Below, piece after piece: positions 56,175 through 64,000 of a DNA stretch of 64,000 bases; position 1 is the first letter of the stretch, and each line of letters begins with the position of its first letter. The stretch is from the NCBI GenBank assembly GCA_951406725.2, contig OX597837.1:9114001-9178000 (forward strand). Direction: 5' to 3'. A program made the translations under genes and the position numbers. Source of the DNA: Octopus vulgaris. Its lineage: Eukaryota. Under the pieces are notes generated by a model that worked only from the letters and a program-made list of their open reading frames with translations, had not been told where the DNA came from and ran no database searches.

Positions 56175-56250
56175 ATTATCAATCTCATTTTCGCATAATT
56201 GTTCAGAAAAATATTGAACATAATCTAAAAGTATCGCTCTTCAGAACAAT
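56175..56250 (-). ncRNA. Weak hammerhead-like candidate
   Basis: Minus strand: ATTGTT-CTGAAGA-GC...TGTTCA/TGAACA...GC-GAAA-atgaga-TT-GATAAT. Stem I relies on two G-U pairs and helix III is poor. Confidence 0.35.
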
Positions 56251-56590
56251 TATTTTGCCATTTCTCCTCTCCATTCTGTTAAATATGTATCGATTTATTC
56301 AGGAATTATAAATTTTGTAGTGAGCTACTGCATATATTTATGTATGAGTGTAGATGTGTTTGAATATATGATATACATATGCATATGTACGCACAGCACG
56401 TTTTGTGACATCCTCTCAAGAACACCTACACACGAGCACGCACACATCCATACACACACTCGGGTATATACATATCTTTGTGTTTGTGGGTGTTGGGTGT
56501 CATTTATGCAATATTTGCACGTACGTATGTATGCATATACATACACATGTATGTATATATATGTATATATGTATGTATATATATATGTAA

Positions 56591-56660
<70 letters not shown>

Positions 56661-56742
56661 GTATATATATAATATGAGGGAATGTTATTCCAAACTTACA
56701 GGGAAAAATTAAATTTAGAAATACTACATCAAATTTCGCAAA

Positions 56743-56785
<43 letters not shown>

Positions 56786-57984
56786 TAGAAAAAACACCTT
56801 TCATTAATTCATATACGTTTTATTTACTTTTTTGCACATTACTTAATCATTGTTTTATGTTTTATCTTATATTTAATCTCTCTATGACATGTAATTTTTC
56901 TAAATGGTATTATTTAATTTTTCATTATTAAATTGATAAAAGGTGTTTTTTTCTAATTTACATATATATATATACACACAAAGAGAGAAGGTAGATGAAG
57001 AAACATGGTAACAACGGGAAAAATGTCTCGAGATGCGCTGTGTGGAGTATTTTTCACCCTTTCGACTCAGATTTGCATTACTAATAGATCCATAAGCATC
57101 TTAATGATTGAGTGATCGTTCCGACAATGAACGTTTGAGTGGTGAGTCAAACGGGGCTTCTATATAACGCCTATTGTATGAGATATCCAGTAAGATTCAT
57201 TCTAATGAGGGTTTTTTTAGTCAAATCATGGAATGGAATTATCAGTGTTGTCTGGTTCCTGGGTAGTAACTCAGTCGGAATATATAATCGACTTTTTTTG
57301 GTTTAGCTCGACATTGTATTAAAATTCGAATAGCAAGCGAAACTTTTTATAGGCATGACAGTTAATGTCTTACAGTTAGCTATCACGAAACTATATTAAT
57401 GCCATTACGATACCTTTCCAGTTTCTTTAGTTAACAGATTCCGTGAAACGTTGCATTAGTTAGAATTCATGTTTGCAGTGCATGTATGACACCATCTCTC
57501 TCTTTTTAACTACATTTAATAATTGAAATTTTTAGCAAGTAATTTATAATTACACAAGCCTTTCATATTTTCTGGTCGATATTCACGAACAAGCGTGTTG
57601 GTAGTGAATCTGTTTTTGAACAGTCCCTCTATCATTCCTATGTAATATTTGTTACTGCATTGTTCGAATTCATAGACGTCCTTTCACATGCACAAACTAA
57701 TGCCTCGACTTCATTATACTGGGTTAGAAAGTGCTTGCATTAATGTTTATAATTCTCACCACGTTTCATTAGATTCGCATGTTTTTGTACTGTTATGTTA
57801 TTATCTATGAGAAAGTCTATAATATCTAAATTTACACTCAAAGCAGCTTCTGTAATGGTGATATGTGTGAGTCACTTTCCTGGAAGCATTTAGCTATAAT
57901 CACCTTTAATTTTTAATGCGTACCTGTGCATGCACCAAATGTTCTAGCGGAGCTTACCATTAGTTCAGAAGGTTGTTGGTTTAA

Positions 57985-58022
<38 letters not shown>

Positions 58023-58172
58023 TCTGAAGCTGATATTTTCCAGAGACTCATTGTTATGTTACACGGTTGTATCGAAGAACTTTCTGCTCGAAAGAGATTA
58101 AAGATTTTTCTACTTGTTTTGTTAGCAACACTCTTAAGAGGTGTGTGGCTGACAAGTTTTAGTCACAATATA

Positions 58173-58536
58173 CACTACCGTCAGAAATTAATTAGCACCC
58201 TTGATTTGCTCTTCACTCAAGGTATGTGCTGTCACCTAGTGGCCATATCTCGAACTATTGCTTTGTTGCGAGTTCACTGTTGCGCAGAACGATGACGTGA
58301 CTTTGTTTGCAGAGCAGTTTGAGAGTCTACAGCCTTATGATGTTGACATAGCAGTGCAACAACAACTTGGAGTGCGGATGCAGACAAATCTTCCTTTGTT
58401 TAATAGATATAGGTAGCGCCTCGCAAAGACCGAAACACACCATCGCGTAAGACGTTTTGAACAGCTCATAGGTTAATTGATTTAACCTATTTAATGTAGA
58501 AATTTGGGAAGTGCTAATTAATTTCTGACGGAAGTG
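58173..58536. mobile_element. Tc1/mariner-type MITE, 364 bp, with TA target-site duplication
   Basis: TA-CACTACCGTCAGAAATTAATTAGCAC ... GTGCTAATTAATTTCTGACGGAAGTG-TA: 26-bp TIRs with 1 mismatch. Confidence 0.9.
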
Positions 58537-58849
58537 TATGTCAGTTAATCATTTGGATATCTATACGGCCCAAATGTGTTCTCGTGTAAATTAAAGCTAT
58601 GACCCACCCAATTAAAGATTAAGTTTGTGTTAAGTTACCTTGAGGCAGAGGAATTTGAAGGTGTTTATGAGTTGTTTTCTAAATCAATCACAGGTATATG
58701 CAGTAGCATGTTATTTAATGTCTCATCAATCTTCATTCCATAAACAGATATTGGTGTTGGTGAACTTTTTTTTATTTAAAACAGCCAATATTTCGAGGTC
58801 ACCGAACTCCCATTTACACTCTGCTGTTGTATGTTTCCATACTGGTTTC

Positions 58850-59240
58850 GACTTTTACATCAACCCCAGTATTCAACTGGTACTTAATTTATCGATCTCT
58901 AAATGATGAAAGCCAAAATCGACCAAAGCCTTCTGAGTGGATTTGGTAGACGGAAACTGAAAGAAGCCCGTCGTGTATATATATATATATACATAGATAT
59001 GTAGGTGTGTGTATATATGTTTGTGTGTCTGTGTCCCCCCCCCAACATCGCTTGACAACCGATGCTGGTGTGTTTACATCCCCGTAACTTAGCGGTTCGG
59101 CAAAAGAAACCGATAGTATAAGTACTAGGCTTACAAAGAATAAGTCAGGGAGTCGATTTGCTCGACTAAAGGCGGTGCTCCAGTATGGCCACAGTCACAT
59201 GATTCAAACAAGTAAAAGAGTAAAAGAGTAAAACGAGTAA
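58850..59240. mobile_element. Fused SINE fragments: family A (minus) joined to headless family B (plus)
   Basis: The A core ACTGGTACTTAATTTATCGA...ATGAAAGCCAAAAT runs through CGACC (58920-58924) into the B sequence AAAGCCTTCTGAGTGGATTTGGTAGACGG. Confidence 0.85.
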
Positions 59241-59972
59241 ATTCGAAAAGTTTTGTTTTAAGTTTTGCTATCTATTTTCACCGCCTGGCAATCTAGATTC
59301 GTACAGGTGATACAAAATGTACAACCACCGGCAGCTTAATTTATATGGCCATCTGAATTTAATCACATTTGTATTTACTACAACGGTCATCTAATCTGTA
59401 TAGTACAATACTCCCACACACTCACGTAACCACGATTTAAAAGCTACATATAGTTTTCGTTGCCAATTTCCCTTTAATTTTCTTAATATACTTATCAATA
59501 ATAACAAACATCATATTCCTGTGTCATTTGATTGGACCAACAATAAGCTTTAGGTTTGATAATGAGGATATGAATTGTTCGAAATTTTTACTCAGGCACT
59601 ATCATTATTAAAAAAGAATATTTATAATTATATATTAGACATTTTGCACTTCATCAGTCTAGAATAAAATATTTTAGTTCATTGTATTATGTTCTCTATA
59701 TATTCTAACATGTATATTTTGCTATAGAACTATGACGAGGTAGTGTATGGCATATCTGTGTTGTTGAACATTTTAAACGAAATGAATAATTTAATGTTGG
59801 AGGAGAGTAATGTCACTCAAGAAAATATATTGTCACCTATGTGAGCAGATATTATACCTGCTATTACAAGACACAAAATAAAAGCACACACATACAGCCT
59901 CACGTTCATACATTCATACATGCATATATACATAGATGTGTAAACACGCGCACACACACGCATATACATATA

Positions 59973-60017
<45 letters not shown>

Positions 60018-60154
60018 CCAAATATATAATTATATATATACATATATACATATATATACATATATATGTGTATGTATATATGTACATAGATAAATTTCCT
60101 CTATTTACATAATATTGAGGTCTCTTTCTATCTTTTGTTATCTTACCGTTTTTA

Positions 60155-60218
<64 letters not shown>

Positions 60219-60792
60219 TATCAATGTAAGATCCAAGGATCGAGTTGTAGGAAGAAGATTAGCTTCAAGATATCTGTAGTAAACATAAAAATCAACTTTT
60301 TGGAACAATCTTGATTTATTGAGAAAGGTTGTTGATTTCTGCGTATCGAAGTACGATAAACTTGAAAAAAATTTATATTTCACTGTAGGCATCCCTGGTT
60401 GCCGGGTATGTGAATATGTATTCAAGGGTTAAACAATGGTGAAGGTAAGATCCGGGCAAAATATGTTTCACGGTGAGCGGAACCTCAGAAGTGGTAAATA
60501 TGCAAGCGGGGTGTATAGTAGCGCAGGCTACTCGTCAGACTAAGGCTAACTTGGTTAAACCAAAAATTTACATTCTCGCCAGGCGGTACATGTTAACACA
60601 CGGAGGAGCATTCGATGGGAATGTGTAGGGAGCAGAGTAAAAGCGAAAAATATAAATGTGGAGAGAAATTAATAATATAAGAAAGAAAATAGAAAAGAAA
60701 AACGAAAGGAATAAGGATATGAGGTACTGGAGAGTTAAAGATTTTTAGCAAGGTCATACGCCGGTAGTCTTCAATAAGGCTAGTTCGACCAA

Positions 60793-60828
<36 letters not shown>

Positions 60829-60831
<3 letters not shown>

Positions 60832-60885
60832 CTGACATGAATTATATGGCAATACTCGACTTGTGAAACGTGCGAACGTCAGTAA
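60829..60885 (+). ncRNA. Hammerhead relic apparently lacking the CUGANGA box
   Basis: TTGCT-[no core]-GACA...TGT-GAA-ACGT(gcga)ACGT-C-AGTAA: stem I, helix III with a GNRA loop and a GUC site are intact. Confidence 0.45.
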
Positions 60886-61075
60886 AAGTAATAGTAATTT
60901 TGTAACATAAAAACATCAACCGTAAATCTTGGTGGGCTGCATATCATTGAAGACTCGTAGGTATATGTATATATGTATTCGTGTCTGAGCGTGTAATGAG
61001 GTTTACGCGTGTGCTTCTACGTTTCTGTATATATATATATATATATATATAAACACACACACACACAAATATATA

Positions 61076-61129
<54 letters not shown>

Positions 61130-61178
61130 CTTATATATATGTGCGTGTGCGTATATACATAAATATATGTATATACAC

Positions 61179-61230
<52 letters not shown>

Positions 61231-61244
61231 ATATATGTATGGAT

Positions 61245-61275
<31 letters not shown>

Positions 61276-61509
61276 GATGTATGACAACTATTTATGAAGT
61301 ACATAAATAGTTGTCAGAGTTAGTGGGAGAGATCTCAGTATTGGAAACAATGAAAGTATGAATATATCATTGTAGTAATGCAAAGTATCAGATCAGCATC
61401 CCATAAATAAATATATCGGTAGAACTGGATACAGAAGATACAAGCATATGTAAATTCCCGTAACTACCAACTTATCAATCTATCTATCTATCCATCTATC
61501 CATCTATCA

Positions 61510-61564
<55 letters not shown>

Positions 61565-61578
61565 AATATATATATATA

Positions 61579-61635
<57 letters not shown>

Positions 61636-62458
61636 GTTGTTATGATCAAATGTTGGTGTTGTTTTCGCCCAGAATCAGTTCATCGCTGAGACATCCTGTT
61701 ACGAGTTGACCGGTGATTGAAACCTAGATGTTGTTAGAATCGTATCGTTTAATATTTGTCTTCTTAAAACACTGCACGCAAAGCAAATGTGCGAAATACG
61801 TCTTAATAATCTCAAGGCGTAATGGAAATAATTATGCTATATTTCATTTGTATGTATAGCATTTCATTTGCGTCAGAGTAAGCCACCGTTCTGATTCGCC
61901 AAGTTGACATTTTCAAATGAACGTGTTTCATCATTAACAGGAAGTAATCAATTTAATGTGGTATAGATATGAAGGTAGATTAGTGTGTGCCATCTTTGGC
62001 AACTGCTATTTGAGTTATAGGAAATTGCTGTTAGAGCAGCTATTTTTTTCTTTTGTGATATAGCAGTCCCTGATAGAGTAGAATGGTTAAAGGACATTCC
62101 ACACACAAATTATTGCAATTTATCCTATATATATGGAACTTAGTACAGCAGAATCCAAATAATCTATTATCTAAAAGAACTGAATGTCATTTTAGAGAAC
62201 TTACGTTGTTATTTGTAGCGATGTGCAGAGATCGCATGGAAGTTTTATTGGACGCCGAATTAAGGAGGATGAAAATGTACAGAAGCATATTTGCGATTCT
62301 CGTAGCTAATTCTTCATGGCGATATCATCATGAAACTGTTGTTATTGTACATGTGCTTAGCAATATACCGTTATGATACGAAAAATATATGCTGAGGCCA
62401 TACCGTTCATCTAATAATTGAAGCAGTGATTGGTTTCACTGACGATTATATATTTACA

Positions 62459-62587
<129 letters not shown>

Positions 62588-62673
62588 CTCTCTCTCTCTA
62601 TATATATATATTTTTTTTTTCTAGTTTCAGCTCAGAGCTGCGGAATACACATATATATATACACACATATATA

Positions 62674-62944
62674 TCTCTTATTATAAAAGGCAGATTTTAT
62701 CTGCCTCCCTTTGGGAGTTATACAAATCTACAATATAGGATTTCTTCAATTACAATTTACCTAGCATTTTTAAGAGTACAATGCATCGCGTCATGCCAGG
62801 TCCAGTTTTTAAAATTTAAACTCCAATTAAGCAAAATTTACAGAAAACTCACATTCTGGTGTGTGTGTCAAATGCTTTTCTTAGTCTGGTTTACACCACA
62901 CGCAAACGCACACACACAGTGGGCAACGAATAAAGTGAAACTAG
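62674..62944 (+). mobile_element. Possible Helitron-like 5' fragment
   Basis: Starts A|TCTCTTATTATAAAAGGCAG, resembling the Helitron 5' end at 9722. No clear 3' hairpin; the end coordinate is uncertain. Confidence 0.35.
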
Positions 62945-63522
62945 ATGTAATATTTGTTTCTCTCTATCACGCTGATAGATACATGAGTAAAATGTATGGG
63001 AAGCTAACACATAAGTGTGAGTGAAAATGTTCTTGGAAGAGAGTAAATAGCCAGAGATAGTGATTTGAGGAAGACTACATTAAATAACCGTAGTGGCTTG
63101 TGTTAGTAATAAAGTAAACATACACTCATACATACATACATACATACATACATACATACATACATACATACATACACACACACACATACATAAATACATA
63201 CACACACACATACATACATACACACACACATACATACATACATATACATACATACATATACATACATACATACACACACACACACATACACACACACACA
63301 CAGTATTGAAGCTTGAGAACAATCAGATACATTTGCAACACATCTGTTGAAAATATTATTGTTCACACACATACATATACATATATACATACAGACAGAC
63401 AGACAGATAGACACACACACACACACACATGATCCAGCATGGCCACAACCTCAAGGCTGAAACATATAAAAGAATAACAGAATATAAATGTGTGCATGTG
63501 TGTGAGAGAGAGAGTGTGTGTG

Positions 63523-63554
<32 letters not shown>

Positions 63555-63562
63555 TATATATA

Positions 63563-64000
63563 TAATAATGCGGTTTTTTCAACAGCTTGAACTAAATGTC
63601 AAAGGGGAATGGGATAAACTACTTATATTAACTTGCTATTAAAGCAGGTAGTAATTTTATCTTGTCCTTATTCATAGTGCAAGTTTTGAAGAGTGCATTT
63701 CGATTTTAACAGCTATTTTTTTCAAAGCTATATTGGAACAGCCTAGAAGACGAGCCTCATCCTGAAAGATCTGTAGAACTCGACAAGGACATCCTGAAAA
63801 CCCTGGTGGAACAAAATCTCATCGTAACTGTTGAGGAACTAGCAGAGAAGCTTGGATTTGGTCATTCAACCATTCATTGAGACCTGTGTGCTATCGGAAA
63901 AGTCAGCAAATTGGGTCAATGGGTTCCTCACGAACTTTCCGAGTCTAATTGCATGCAGAGAGTGAATGTATGCTTTTCTTTGCTGTCACATCTCACCACT
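63563..64000 (+). mobile_element. Mariner transposon with pseudogenised transposase, running off the window
   Basis: Frame 63737-64000 reads NSLEDEPHPERSVELDKDILKTLVEQNLIVTVEELAEKLGFGHSTIH*DLCAIGKVSKLGQWVPHELSESNCMQRVNVCFSLL. It contains the HTH region, the WVPHEL motif (63920-63937) and an in-frame TGA at 63878. A TIR-like TAATGCGGTTTTTT is near 63566. Confidence 0.93.

Noticed and set aside
60450-60545. Minus-strand CTGACGA...GAAAC pair that might be another hammerhead
   Set aside because: I could not form convincing stems I and II around the boxes.
62083-62376. 97-aa ORF with faint resemblance to a Tc1/maT transposase C-terminus (YIWNLVQ...RDRMEVLLDAE)
   Set aside because: It is too degenerate, with no SPDLNP motif or TIR visible.

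Overview
This window is AT-rich, microsatellite-saturated eukaryotic DNA that looks intronic or intergenic. The tRNA-derived SINE families and the repeat landscape match my recollection of Octopus genomes (inference, not database-checked). Almost all ORFs in the supplied track are artefacts of (TA)n, (CA)n, (TATC)n, (AAT)n, (CAT)n, (GAA)n and (CCA)n repeats. No host gene can be called confidently; there is one weak candidate exon at the left edge. Supportable content: three SINE families, one with a tandemly amplified 184-bp internal module; decayed mariner and maT transposase fragments; two TIR-bounded MITEs, one carrying telomeric CCCTAA repeats; a non-autonomous Helitron; a CRE-type retrotransposon C-terminus; probable Dong/R4 3' ends sitting in (TAA)n; and several long inverted repeats. 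The most interesting signal is about ten short hammerhead-ribozyme-like motifs of the minimal type associated with Penelope-like elements, mostly next to (TA)n tracts. They include two unrelated copies with a U3-A8 compensatory core and loop-less ACGT variants that could only fold as dimers.
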